From IMG/VR virus record IMGVR_UViG_2706796482_000001, positions 32,001 to 96,000 of that record: DNA of 64,000 bases; one strand, given 5' to 3'. Position numbers and translations under genes: made by a program. Below the pieces are notes generated by a model. That model saw only the letters and a list, made by a program, of their open reading frames with translations. It did not search any database and was not told the origin of the DNA. Below, one piece after another: positions 31,975 to 41,447 of this stretch; position 1 is the first letter of the stretch; every line of letters begins with the position of its first letter. This DNA comes from a virus (lineage: Duplodnaviria > Caudoviricetes).

Positions 31975-32950
31975 GCTAAGTCCAAAGGTACTAGCAAGAG
32001 CTAAGATGGCCTCTCAGGTTCAGCTAATGAGACAGCCTACAGCAAGCACTGGTCTCAATGCTGCATTGAGGGGCGGTATTGGATATGGTCGTCAGACTCT
32101 AGTCTGGGGAAGCAAGTCCGCAGGAAAGTCAACATTCTGTCTGAGCACATTGGGAATTGCACAGTCTCAGGGTAAGCGAGCGGCATTCATCGACTCAGAG
32201 CAGTCCTTTGACCCTATGTGGGCAGAGAGGCTTGGAGTTAATACAGGAAAGCTCGTTTATACAGACGTAAAGACGATTGAGGATATGGTCAGTGCAGGCG
32301 TTGAGTTTATGAAGGCCGGTATTGATATTGTAACCGTAGACTCAATCTCAGCCCTGCTGTCTTCTGCTTACTTTGAGAAGGACAAGAAGGGTGATGAACT
32401 AAAGGAGCTATCAGGCACAAAGCAGATTGGTTCCGAGGCCCGTGAGCTAGCCAATGGCGTAAAAATGCTCAACTATGCAAACAAGCAGACCGCCCTGATT
32501 CTTATCTCACAGGTACGTAACAAGATTACTACCTATGGAGCTATGCATCAGGCGACCGGTGGTCATGCGGTAGACTTCTTTAGCTCCACTGTTGTAAAAC
32601 TATGGAGTTCAGCTCGTGAGGCTGACCAGATTCAGGGTGAAGTGTTCAACGGTGACCTTGTTCTTAAGGAGCCTATTGGCCGAGAGGTCAACTGGACCAT
32701 TGATAAGAACAAGCTTGGACCACCAAACAAGACTGGAAAGTACAATCTCTTCTACGATGGCGACTTCATCGGCATCGATAATATTGGTGAAGCGGTAGAC
32801 CTGGGCGTTGCTTTTGGCATCGTGAACAAGTCAGGAAACTGGCTGACATACGAAGACCTCAAGGTAAACGGCAAGGACAGCTTCTCCATTCAGCTACGTC
32901 AGCGTCCAGAATTGGCTGAAAAGCTGGTGAAGGAGGTTGAGGATAGATGA
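31946..32950 (+). CDS. recA: RecA-like recombinase
   Basis: GSKSAGKST, IDSEQ, VDSI, ISQVR, GGHA, KNK. Confidence 0.9.
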   Translation: MEIEEEILAKLSPKVLARAKMASQVQLMRQPTASTGLNAALRGGIGYGRQTLVWGSKSAGKSTFCLSTLGIAQSQGKRAAFIDSEQSFDPMWAERLGVNTGKLVYTDVKTIEDMVSAGVEFMKAGIDIVTVDSISALLSSAYFEKDKKGDELKELSGTKQIGSEARELANGVKMLNYANKQTALILISQVRNKITTYGAMHQATGGHAVDFFSSTVVKLWSSAREADQIQGEVFNGDLVLKEPIGREVNWTIDKNKLGPPNKTGKYNLFYDGDFIGIDNIGEAVDLGVAFGIVNKSGNWLTYEDLKVNGKDSFSIQLRQRPELAEKLVKEVEDR

Positions 32951-33147
32951 AAAACCCATTCCTAGAGCCACCAAAGAAGCCTGTGGATGAGGTGCCTTCG
33001 GGTATCCTCATCGCAACAGCGGCCCTATGTATGACTTGTGACGAACATTGCGACGAGGCAGAATACTTTCCTGTGGAAAAGCTTCTCGTCTGGATTTGCG
33101 TAAATGGGCACAGGTCAGTTATTGAGAACTTTAACCTAGGAGTCTGA
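32947..33147 (+). CDS. Small zinc-binding protein
   Basis: CxxC...CxxxH. Confidence 0.55.
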   Translation: MKNPFLEPPKKPVDEVPSGILIATAALCMTCDEHCDEAEYFPVEKLLVWICVNGHRSVIENFNLGV

Positions 33148-33461
33148 TGACTGAGCTTAACGAAATCAAGAGGGATGGCGCTACGCCACAGAAGAATTCA
33201 GGGCGTGGACAGTTTCAGAAGGGAGATGCTACACTAGGACCCTTCTGTTATGACATCAAGGAATTTGCCAAGTCATTCAGCGTCTCTATTGCTGTATGGG
33301 GCAAGATTTGCACAGACGCCTTTCGGTCTGGTAACATGGTTCCTGCGCTCAAGCTAGTGCTTGGGACCGGTGATAGAAAGACTCGTGTCTGGGTTATTGG
33401 AGACGAGATGTTCAAAGAAATGCTAGAAGCATGGGAGGAGAAGTATGGCGAAGCTGATTAG
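33147..33461 (+). CDS. PD-(D/E)xK nuclease / Holliday junction resolvase-like
   Basis: NSGRG..KGD...YDIK. Confidence 0.6.
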   Translation: MTELNEIKRDGATPQKNSGRGQFQKGDATLGPFCYDIKEFAKSFSVSIAVWGKICTDAFRSGNMVPALKLVLGTGDRKTRVWVIGDEMFKEMLEAWEEKYGEAD

Positions 33462-33639
33462 GCTACAATTCTTCAAAGGCGAAAGCGGCCTGCTGGCGTA
33501 TCGTGAGTATGATGACGGTAGCTCAAAGGGAGGAAGAGTAACCAACGAAGAGGCAGAGGCTCTGTCAAAGGAGCTGATTGGCTCCGACAGCCTTGGATTG
33601 AATGCTCCAACAGATTTGATTAAGGATGCTGATGAGTGA
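33445..33639 (+). CDS. Hypothetical protein
   Basis: GGAGGAG RBS. Confidence 0.5.
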   Translation: MAKLIRLQFFKGESGLLAYREYDDGSSKGGRVTNEEAEALSKELIGSDSLGLNAPTDLIKDADE

Positions 33640-33967
33640 CCTAACCCCTCTTGAGCATATTTCACGAATTGGCGAGTTTCAGGAAGTTCATGACTTCATG
33701 GAGGACCCGGAACTAGATGAGGCAATGGCTATCATGGTTCAACTCATGATGAATCCAAACCTCAAGCCAGAGACCAATCAGAAACTGATTGTCCAGCTAC
33801 AGGCTTATGCTGCCAAGTTCAGTATGCTTGCCTCAATTTATAGCACAATCAAGAAGGCTCCTGCTGGCAGTCCAAACAACTACAAAAAGAATATCTACTA
33901 CACAACAGCAGAGTCCCTAGACAAGTTGGTCCAGGCATTGAAGTACACTTTCAAACTGCCCTACTGA
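33626..33967 (+). CDS. Hypothetical protein
   Basis: 113-aa coupled ORF. Confidence 0.55.
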   Translation: MLMSDLTPLEHISRIGEFQEVHDFMEDPELDEAMAIMVQLMMNPNLKPETNQKLIVQLQAYAAKFSMLASIYSTIKKAPAGSPNNYKKNIYYTTAESLDKLVQALKYTFKLPY

Positions 33968-34010
33968 TGTGTTACAATAGTAATCACTAAGAGAAACGGA
34001 ATTCAACAAC

Positions 34011-34784
34011 ATGTCTAATGGACTAATGAAAATTGCTCGCCTGGGAAAGCGACCTGACTTCGATATTCGTAAGTTGGTCAGTGTGCTAGAAGATGCATAC
34101 GTAAATTCCCGGCCGAAGGAAAGATATTCCAAGAAGGTCTCATTCAGTCCGTCCTCTCTTGGCTATGGTGCCGGTACCTGTCCTAGGTACTGGTATCTGG
34201 CTTTTGAGGGCGGAACATTTGTCGATACCTTTGATGGACTAAGTGTCGCCAATATGGCAAACGGAACAGCAGCACATACACGCATCGAAAAGCTATTCGG
34301 TGACGCAGGAGTGCTTGACGAAGCAGAAAAGGAAATCACATACGCTGACCCTCCCATCCGAGGGTTTGTTGACGTAATCGTTGACTTTGAAGGACATAAG
34401 ATTGTTGGTGAGTTCAAGACGACTCGTCAGGAATCATATATTCATCGAGAGGTCAATGGCACAGCCATCGATTATCACAAGGTTCAGGTACTCATTTACA
34501 TGCGTGTCCTTGGACTGGATGAAGGCTTTGTTCTCTACGAAAACAAAAACACGCAGGAGCTATTCCTCGTCCCCATTTCAATGAACGAGGCGAATAAGGA
34601 ATACACCGACTATCTATTCGAGTGGATGCGTGAAACACGAAAGCTATGGGAAGACCGAACTCTGCCCACCCGACCATTTACTCAAAAGAATAAGGCGTGC
34701 AAGTCCTGCGCCCTGTTCAATGTGTGTTGGAACGAATCTCCAGAAGGCGACATTACTAAGGCACCATTGGAGGTGAAGAAGTAA
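34011..34784 (+). CDS. Cas4/RecB-family exonuclease
   Basis: CPRYWY, GTAAH, GFVD, EFKT, QxxxY, CxxCxxxxxC. Confidence 0.85.
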   Translation: MSNGLMKIARLGKRPDFDIRKLVSVLEDAYVNSRPKERYSKKVSFSPSSLGYGAGTCPRYWYLAFEGGTFVDTFDGLSVANMANGTAAHTRIEKLFGDAGVLDEAEKEITYADPPIRGFVDVIVDFEGHKIVGEFKTTRQESYIHREVNGTAIDYHKVQVLIYMRVLGLDEGFVLYENKNTQELFLVPISMNEANKEYTDYLFEWMRETRKLWEDRTLPTRPFTQKNKACKSCALFNVCWNESPEGDITKAPLEVKK

Positions 34785-35066
34785 TTGATTTGCGCCTATG
34801 GAGAATGCGGTAACATGTTTGAGCCCAAGACTCATAATCAGAAGTTTTGCAGCTCAACATGTTGCCGTAAGGCGACCAACGCAAGAATCATGGAGAAGTA
34901 TTACGCTCGTCGTGCACGTCAGAAGGGAATTCAAAGGACATGCAGCGAGTGCCCCACGGTCCTCTCCAGATACAACAGCTCAGACAGATGTGAGGGCTGT
35001 AAAGCGGAGCAGCGCCGGAAGGAACGAGTGGAACTATTGGAGTTGATTGGCAGTGCCTCTGTCTGA
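34785..35066 (+). CDS. Cys-rich zinc-finger protein
   Basis: Multiple CxxC pairs. Confidence 0.6.
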   Translation: MICAYGECGNMFEPKTHNQKFCSSTCCRKATNARIMEKYYARRARQKGIQRTCSECPTVLSRYNSSDRCEGCKAEQRRKERVELLELIGSASV

Positions 35067-35622
35067 TATTCACAAGACAAAGGCTCAGAGAGTCATGGGA
35101 ATCGACTGCTCTACCAAATCCATAGCATTCACCATCTTTGATGGAGAAGACTTCTTGAAGTGTGGAGAGGTCTTCTTCCATGGAGCGACAGTTTTCGAAA
35201 GAGTGCACGATGCGAATGTAAAGACCCTGGCACTCTTCGAGAACTTCTCTCCTGATTTTGTTGCAATTGAAGCAGCCATTATGGTTCGAAGTACATCAGT
35301 CGCTATTAAGATGGCTTATGTGTTTGGTGCCGTGATTGCTGCTCTCTTGAAAAAGGGAGCAACTGTAATTGAAGTCCCACCGATTTCATGGCAATCATTC
35401 ATTGGCAATAAGAATCTGACGAAAGCAGAGAAGGATGCTATAAAGGCAGAATTTCCTGGCAAGTCTGCAAGCTGGTATCAGAATAAGGGCAGACTGATGA
35501 GGAAGCAGCGCACCATTGACTTTGCCAAGCGAGAGTTTGGCGTTGAGCTAGAAAGCGATAACGTCGCTGATTCACTAGGCATCGCCTGGTGGGCAGTGAG
35601 AAATAAAACACGAAGGAGTTAA
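35047..35622 (+). CDS. ruvC: RuvC-like resolvase
   Basis: MGIDCS, VAIE, DNVADSLGIA. Confidence 0.8.
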   Translation: MAVPLSDIHKTKAQRVMGIDCSTKSIAFTIFDGEDFLKCGEVFFHGATVFERVHDANVKTLALFENFSPDFVAIEAAIMVRSTSVAIKMAYVFGAVIAALLKKGATVIEVPPISWQSFIGNKNLTKAEKDAIKAEFPGKSASWYQNKGRLMRKQRTIDFAKREFGVELESDNVADSLGIAWWAVRNKTRRS

Positions 35623-35624
35623 GC

Positions 35625-36113
35625 ATGATTGTTGCGGGAACGGGTCATAGAGATTTGAGGGACCGTGACTGGATTGCTGCCCAAACTGAGAAGGCCCTCA
35701 TTGATATGGGGGCCTCTTTGGTTTATGTTGGCATGGCATCTGGTTTCGACCTACTATTGGCTAAAACAGCTTGGGGTCTAGGGATTCCTTTCATTGCTGC
35801 AAAGCCGTGGAGGGGCCATCAGCCTCGCAGAGCAGACCATTACGACTACCATAGAGCCTTGGAGCTGGCAGAGGAGGTCGTCAACGTATTGCCAAATGAC
35901 GATTATCCTGGAGCATGGGCTTACCAAAAGCGCAATGAGTACATGGTAGATAACGCAGAAGCGGTGCTAGGTATGCTTGAGGCCGGTAGGACAGGCGGCA
36001 CGTACAATTGCATCAAGTACGCTTCTGGCAAGATGCCAATCAAAATCATCGACCCTCTAATGAGGGAGGTGTGGGATATTGAAAAAGAAGAAGCTGACCC
36101 TCTACAAGAGTGA
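35625..36113 (+). CDS. SLOG-superfamily (DprA/YpsA-like) protein
   Basis: AGTGHR, GMASGFD, RNEYMVD, GGTYNC. Confidence 0.8.
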   Translation: MIVAGTGHRDLRDRDWIAAQTEKALIDMGASLVYVGMASGFDLLLAKTAWGLGIPFIAAKPWRGHQPRRADHYDYHRALELAEEVVNVLPNDDYPGAWAYQKRNEYMVDNAEAVLGMLEAGRTGGTYNCIKYASGKMPIKIIDPLMREVWDIEKEEADPLQE

Positions 36114-36240
36114 GACATGGCTCAGAGCAAAGTATCGAACGATGAATGCCGCTCAGATTGCTACTTTTTGTGGAGTGACAGAGATGACAATCACTCGTTA
36201 TCTTGAGAAGTTCAACATTGTACGTAGACGTAGCCGCTGA
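36079..36240 (+). CDS. Small HTH DNA-binding protein (53 aa, not in ORF track)
   Basis: GGAGGT RBS, TTG start; WLRAKY...AAQIATFCGVTEMTITRYL. Confidence 0.65.
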   Translation: MKKKKLTLYKSETWLRAKYRTMNAAQIATFCGVTEMTITRYLEKFNIVRRRSR

Positions 36241-36260
36241 GCTGTGCTATGCTGACCTCT

Positions 36261-36878
36261 ATGATGAAGATTGGCATGATGGGCGCACATGGAACAGGGA
36301 AGACCTCAATGGCACAGGCCATGCTGGACGGTCCGTTCAGTACGTTTTCCCTGGTTCCATCAACGGCCCGGCAGATAAAGGCATACGGTTATCCCATCAA
36401 TAGGGAAGCCACAGAACTGAGTCAGATTCTCGTTCCATTGCTCCGCATGGTGGATGAAGCAGAGGCTTTTACAGACCAGCATAACAGGATGTACAAGCAG
36501 GGTCTCATTTCAGACCGAACACTGGTTGACTCCCTTGCGTATACCATGTATCAGAATGCAAACGTCTGGGACAATGGGGCGCTTATTGAGCACGTAACAA
36601 TGCGTCTTGCTCAAATGCACATCGGAACCTATGCAGTCCTTCTGTACTTCCCTATCTACTGGGACAATGTGGATGATGGGGTTCGTGACCCTGACGAGCA
36701 ATACCGACGAGAAATCGACAACAACATCAAGACAATCCTGGAGCTTCTTGACATCAGGTACTACACCGTTCCCAATGTTGCTCCTGAAATAAGGGCAGAG
36801 TGGCTGGTGCAGAAAATTTATCGCGCTGATGAGGAAAACGCTCAGCGTTGGATGTCTGCATTCCAGAACATGCTATAA
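36261..36878 (+). CDS. P-loop nucleotide kinase (thymidylate kinase/NadR-like)
   Basis: GAHGTGKTS, DRTLVD, DDGVR. Confidence 0.75.
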   Translation: MMKIGMMGAHGTGKTSMAQAMLDGPFSTFSLVPSTARQIKAYGYPINREATELSQILVPLLRMVDEAEAFTDQHNRMYKQGLISDRTLVDSLAYTMYQNANVWDNGALIEHVTMRLAQMHIGTYAVLLYFPIYWDNVDDGVRDPDEQYRREIDNNIKTILELLDIRYYTVPNVAPEIRAEWLVQKIYRADEENAQRWMSAFQNML

Positions 36879-36902
36879 TGATTTTGAAAGTGAGGAGATA
36901 CA

Positions 36903-37223
36903 ATGGGAACACCGACACGACGCCGCAAAGGTGAAAAGAATCCAGACGCCTGGTGGCAAGGAGCATACGCCGGAATCCCACACATCATCGCTTCATATGA
37001 ATTTGAGATTGACGGAGACAGTATAGTTCCCAAGGCTCTCATTAAATTCAAGAATACGCGAGGCTCATTCAAGTTCCGATGTGTGGCAACCAATACAAAG
37101 ACTGGCAAGACCTGGATTGACTGCATCAATGCAGACACAGGTGAATGGAAGTCATTCTATGTAGAAAAGCTAAAGGGGCTGGTAAAGCCAAGGCGTCCAC
37201 GTAGGAGGAGAAAGGTTGCCTAA
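36903..37223 (+). CDS. Hypothetical basic protein
   Basis: GAGGAG RBS. Confidence 0.55.
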   Translation: MGTPTRRRKGEKNPDAWWQGAYAGIPHIIASYEFEIDGDSIVPKALIKFKNTRGSFKFRCVATNTKTGKTWIDCINADTGEWKSFYVEKLKGLVKPRRPRRRRKVA

Positions 37224-37743
37224 AGAAGTAGATACGCTTGACCATATTGAGAGGTTGAATACGGTTGTAGCGGCTCATCTTAAGGGCGACAATGCCACTG
37301 CTATTGCCCGCAATACGGGCATGAAGCGTGCTCAGGTCATTGAGTATATTGAGGAATGGAAAGGTCTAGCTCAGAACAATAAGGCAATCCAGGCGAGAGC
37401 CCAGGAAGCCTTGACGGGCATGGACGAGCATTACAACATGATTATCAGAGAACTCTGGGGAGTCCTAGAGGAAGCTGACATGAACAATGACCTCAAGACG
37501 AAGACGACTGTGCTAAAAAACCTGGCAGACGTTGAGGGCAAGAGAGTTGACCTCTTGCAGAAGGCTGGTCTTATTGAGGGTCAGCATATGGGTGACGAAG
37601 TTATCGAGATGGAAAGAAAGCATGAAATCCTCATCGGTATCCTTCGAGAAGTCACTTCTGAATGCCCTCACTGTAAGGTTGAAGTAGCAAGGCGTCTGAG
37701 CCGAGTCACTGACAAGGCAGAAACGATTGTCGTTCCGAATTGA
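37216..37743 (+). CDS. Possible terminase small subunit / HTH protein
   Basis: N-terminal HTH; directly upstream of large terminase. Confidence 0.5.
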   Translation: MPKEVDTLDHIERLNTVVAAHLKGDNATAIARNTGMKRAQVIEYIEEWKGLAQNNKAIQARAQEALTGMDEHYNMIIRELWGVLEEADMNNDLKTKTTVLKNLADVEGKRVDLLQKAGLIEGQHMGDEVIEMERKHEILIGILREVTSECPHCKVEVARRLSRVTDKAETIVVPN

Positions 37744-37789
37744 TTAAATCCCTTCATGATATACTTTATATCAATGAAGGGATTTAGTT

Positions 37790-39610
37790 TTGTCTAGTGA
37801 TTTCGCTGAATTCTTCAATGCTCTGTCAGATGACGACTTTGAAGAAATTCCAGTTGATATTGAGGTCTTCGTGCAGAGCGAAGACTATCTAGGTATGCCT
37901 CATTTGTCTGAGTATCAGTATCAGCTCATTCGTGCAAGCAGTCAGATTTACAAGCAGAGCACGCTTTACAATCTGTACGATGCCGAAAGAGCAGAAAGAC
38001 GCTGGCGCGAAACGTGCAATGAGGTAATCGCCTGTTTGGGTAAGGGTAGCGGTAAGGACTTTACTTCCACCATTGCCTGTAGCTACATTGTTTATTTGCT
38101 GCTGTGTCTTAGGAACCCGGCAAAGTATTTTGGCAAGCCTGCTGGAGACAGCATTGACATTCTGAACATTGCTATCAACGCTGCTCAGGCCAACAACGTC
38201 TTCTTCAAGGGCTTCAAGAGCCGTATCGAAGGCTCCCCATGGTTTGTAGGAAAGTTCACCACGAAGGCTGGCCACATCGCTTTCGACAAAAACATCAACG
38301 TCTACTCAGGACACTCAGAGCGTGAAGCCTGGGAGGGCTATAACCTCATTTACTGTGTACTTGACGAGATTTCCGGTTTTGCGCTAGACTCTACCTCTGG
38401 TAACGAGCAGGCGAAGACCGCTGATGCTGTCTATAAGATGTATCGTGCATCTGTTGACTCTCGATTCCCGGCAGAAGGAAAGGTAGTTCTTCTATCATTC
38501 CCTCGCTTCAAGAACGACTTTATCTCTCAGAGATATGACGCGGTGGTTGCAGAGAAGGAAGTCATTGAACGTAGTCATACATTCAAGCTAGACCCTGAAC
38601 TGCCAGATGAGATTGAAGAGAATAAGTTTTCAATCAAGTGGGAGGAAGACCATATTCTTTCCTACCACGTTCCTCGCGTCTATGCATTGAAGCGCCCTAC
38701 TTGGGAAGTCAATCCAACCAGAGAGATTACAGACTTCACGACTGCATTCTTCACTGACCCAATCGATGCGCTTTCTCGATTCGCTTGTATGCCACCTGAT
38801 GCAATTGACGCCTTCTTCAAAGACAAGGAGAAGGTTGAAGCTTCATTCGTCAGGCCAAACGGAGTGGACGAAGATGGCTCTTACCGTGCAGACTTTACAC
38901 CAAAGGAAGGTGTGCGCTACTATATCCATGTAGACCTTGCGCAGAAGCACGACCACTGTGCTGTAGCACTTGCGCATGTAGAAAAGTTTGTACAGAAAAA
39001 GATTGGTGGTCAGCTTAATGAGGTGCTTCCTTATGTAGTCGTTGATGCAGTCCGATGGTGGACACCAAAGCCCGGCAAGGATGTTGACTTTGCCGACGTA
39101 AGAGACTATATTACAGGATTGAAGCGCAGAGGTTTCGACCTCCGCCTCGTAACCTTTGACCGCTGGAACTCTAATGACCAGATGAAGTATCTGCGAGGAG
39201 TCGGTATCAATTCCGAGGTTCTTTCAGTGGCAAAGAAGCATTATGAAGACTTGAGTTGGGTTGTCTATGACCAGAGATTGATGGGTCCAGACGTACCACT
39301 TCTTAAGAGAGAACTGCTATCATTGCGTATCATGCCAAACGACAAAATTGACCACCCAAGAACGGGGTCAAAGGACTTGGCAGATGCTACGTGTGGTGCA
39401 GTTCACAACGCAATCACATACACACCACGAGACGAGTTTGCCAGTATTGAGGTGCAGACTTACGATTCTATCCGAAGGGCAGAGATTGAGGCCCGGAAGG
39501 AAGAACTTGACACAGCTCGTGAACGTGCTAATGTTATTGAAGCACCACGTGAGAAGCGAGCGATGCCAGATGAGCTAGCAGACTATCTCACAAAACTTGA
39601 AGTAATCTGA
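37790..39610 (+). CDS. terL: Terminase large subunit
   Basis: GKGSGKD, VLDE, HVDLA..HD, FDRW, DHP...SKDLADA. Confidence 0.9.
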   Translation: MSSDFAEFFNALSDDDFEEIPVDIEVFVQSEDYLGMPHLSEYQYQLIRASSQIYKQSTLYNLYDAERAERRWRETCNEVIACLGKGSGKDFTSTIACSYIVYLLLCLRNPAKYFGKPAGDSIDILNIAINAAQANNVFFKGFKSRIEGSPWFVGKFTTKAGHIAFDKNINVYSGHSEREAWEGYNLIYCVLDEISGFALDSTSGNEQAKTADAVYKMYRASVDSRFPAEGKVVLLSFPRFKNDFISQRYDAVVAEKEVIERSHTFKLDPELPDEIEENKFSIKWEEDHILSYHVPRVYALKRPTWEVNPTREITDFTTAFFTDPIDALSRFACMPPDAIDAFFKDKEKVEASFVRPNGVDEDGSYRADFTPKEGVRYYIHVDLAQKHDHCAVALAHVEKFVQKKIGGQLNEVLPYVVVDAVRWWTPKPGKDVDFADVRDYITGLKRRGFDLRLVTFDRWNSNDQMKYLRGVGINSEVLSVAKKHYEDLSWVVYDQRLMGPDVPLLKRELLSLRIMPNDKIDHPRTGSKDLADATCGAVHNAITYTPRDEFASIEVQTYDSIRRAEIEARKEELDTARERANVIEAPREKRAMPDELADYLTKLEVI

Positions 39611-39618
39611 CAGAAAGG

Positions 39619-40161
39619 GTGTATGCCATGCCCGGTTTAAGGAAGCCAAAGAACATCTCTCGCAAGGAAATCAACGATTTGCTGGCGGAACGAGATGGCT
39701 TCATTTGTCAGTACCCAGGCTGTGACCTTCCGTTCACGAAGGATAACGGACCTACCATCGACCACTGGATTCCATTGAGCGGTGGAGGTACATGGGACCT
39801 TGACAACTTGAAGTTGATGCACAAGAAGTGCAACTCTGCCAAGGGAGACAAGCTACCGCTTGACGATGGCACGTTGCCTGCTATAGTAAGGAAAGAGAGG
39901 GTCAGCCGAGCTGTAAAGCGAAGCGAACGTCCCGAAGTCTGTGAGCGTTGTCAGTCTGGTAGGCTGCTCGGTCCAGATGAGGAATGTGACCGATGTGGTA
40001 GCGGTCCTATGCCGCCACATTATCCTCAATGGTCCAAGGTCAAGCCAAACGAATGTACACACGAAGGCATCTGGTGGTGCTGGGCTTGTATGAGCGGTGT
40101 GGTTGACAGGGTGCCAGCCAGTAAGATAGTGTTTGATGGAGGAGAGCCGGGGATAGACTAA
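39619..40161 (+). CDS. HNH endonuclease with zinc fingers
   Basis: RDG..CQY..C, TIDHWIPLSGGG...NL...CN..KG. Confidence 0.85.
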   Translation: MYAMPGLRKPKNISRKEINDLLAERDGFICQYPGCDLPFTKDNGPTIDHWIPLSGGGTWDLDNLKLMHKKCNSAKGDKLPLDDGTLPAIVRKERVSRAVKRSERPEVCERCQSGRLLGPDEECDRCGSGPMPPHYPQWSKVKPNECTHEGIWWCWACMSGVVDRVPASKIVFDGGEPGID

Positions 40162-40188
40162 TTCCCGGCACCTCTAAAAAGGAGAGTA

Positions 40189-40791
40189 ATGACTGACGTA
40201 GATATTGTACTGATTGTTGACCGTTCTGGTTCCATGGCACGAATTCAGATGGAGGCAGAAGGAGCTATCAATCAGTTCCTCAAGGACCAGAAGGAAATTG
40301 AGGGAGAGGCATTCGTTACTTTCGTGCAGTTCGACAACAAGTATGAGCAGAAGTTTGAGAAGGTTAGCCTAGCTAACGCTCCTCGCGTGGAGATTGAACC
40401 ACGTGGCATGACTGCTCTGCTTGACGCAATCGGACGAACCGTAGTAGGATATGTACCACGAACTGAAAAGACAATCTACGTCATCATGACTGATGGCCTG
40501 GAGAATGCTTCTCAGGAGTGGACGAACGAGGCGGTCAAGAATCTGATTGCTGAGGAGAAGCAGCACGGAAGTGAGTTTGTGTATCTTGGTGCAAATCAGG
40601 ATGCAATCGAGGTCGGTGCCAAGATGGGAATCCCCATGGGAAGCAGCCTGACCTTTGCAGCAGACAAGAAGGGGCTTGACAACATGTCCCGCAGCATGAC
40701 AAGCTATGTAACAGCGACTCGCTCTGGACTCGCATACGAGTTCACTGATGAGGACCGCAAGAACGCTACAGGCTTGACAGACAGCGAGTGA
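40189..40791 (+). CDS. von Willebrand factor A domain protein
   Basis: DRSGSM MIDAS, TALLDAIG, TDGLEN. Confidence 0.85.
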   Translation: MTDVDIVLIVDRSGSMARIQMEAEGAINQFLKDQKEIEGEAFVTFVQFDNKYEQKFEKVSLANAPRVEIEPRGMTALLDAIGRTVVGYVPRTEKTIYVIMTDGLENASQEWTNEAVKNLIAEEKQHGSEFVYLGANQDAIEVGAKMGIPMGSSLTFAADKKGLDNMSRSMTSYVTATRSGLAYEFTDEDRKNATGLTDSE

Positions 40792-40802
40792 GCTGCTAAA
40801 GT
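40774..40802 (+). promoter_or_regulatory. Sigma70/HrdB-type promoter driving Y RNA 1 and tRNAs
   Basis: TTGACA-N17-TAAAGT with TG extension. Confidence 0.75.
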
Positions 40803-40808
40803 ATTAAA

Positions 40809-40892
40809 TGTGGGTCGAAGAGTTCAGTCGGTTATCTAATTAATGGAATCAGAAGCTCGTAAAGGGCACCCGACACTCACACCATATCCACA
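40809..40892 (+). ncRNA. Y RNA-like 1 (minimal, no tRNA domain)
   Basis: TGTGGGT-C-GAAG...ATCCACA terminal helix; GAGT/ACTC and GTCGG/CCGAC stems; TTATCT. Confidence 0.75.
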
Positions 40893-40896
40893 CTCT

Positions 40897-40967
40897 GCAT
40901 CGGTAGTTTAATGGTAGAACGTCTGACTTCCAATCAGACAGCGCGGGTTCGATTCCCGCTCGGTGCT
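40897..40967 (+). tRNA. tRNA-Gly(TCC)
   Basis: Cloverleaf; loop CTTCCAA. Confidence 0.9.
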
Positions 40968-41097
40968 CCGAAGACCTGGATTCGCCTCTGCTGACTTTTG
41001 TCAGTATGCTACCAGCGAAATGTAGTCCGGACTATGTTTCGGCCTCTGACCCGGAGGCGTTAAGCGAGTGGCAGACTCTAACTGTCAGGGTGCTCAT

Positions 41098-41169
41098 TCC
41101 CCTTTGGTGTAACCGGCAACACAACAGACTCTGAATCTGTAATTCCTAGTTCGAATCTAGGTTGGGGAG
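41098..41169 (+). tRNA. tRNA-Gln(CTG)
   Basis: Cloverleaf; loop CTCTGAA; two T-T mismatches in acceptor stem. Confidence 0.85.
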
Positions 41170-41376
41170 CTGGTCCGACTTCGTGATATCGGTGACAATA
41201 ACTGATTCGGAACGCATAATAACCATGGTAAAAGTGCGGAAAGAGGATGTAACGATAATCGGAAGCGATGGGTAAAACCTCCTCGGACCGACAATTTAAG
41301 ACCTGGCTCCAACCCATAGGGATGTGGGAACGGAGAGATTGATATGGCTGCGAAGTCCCTCCAGCGCGATATCCAT

Positions 41377-41447
41377 ATGTCCTTCGTATAATGGTAGTAC
41401 AAGAGATTCCAAACCTCTTAGCGTGGGTTCGATTCCTACAGGACATG
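41377..41447 (+). tRNA. tRNA-Trp(CCA)
   Basis: ATGTCCT/AGGACAT; loop TTCCAAA. Confidence 0.85.

Noticed and set aside
34011-34784. Cas4-like gene as part of a CRISPR system
   Set aside because: No repeat-spacer array or other cas genes seen; solo Cas4-like nucleases are common in phages
27915-39610. Inteins or introns in DnaE, RecA or terminase
   Set aside because: Protein lengths are ordinary and no intein or LAGLIDADG motifs or frame breaks are seen
40970-41090. Theta/HDV-like ribozyme 3' of tRNA-Gly
   Set aside because: Could not assemble the P1/P2/P3/P1.1 nested pseudoknot or a catalytic C; simple hairpins explain the pairing
41070-41090. Amber-suppressor-like loop (CTCTAA)
   Set aside because: Isolated hairpin without D/T arms, and TAG is used as a normal stop in this genome
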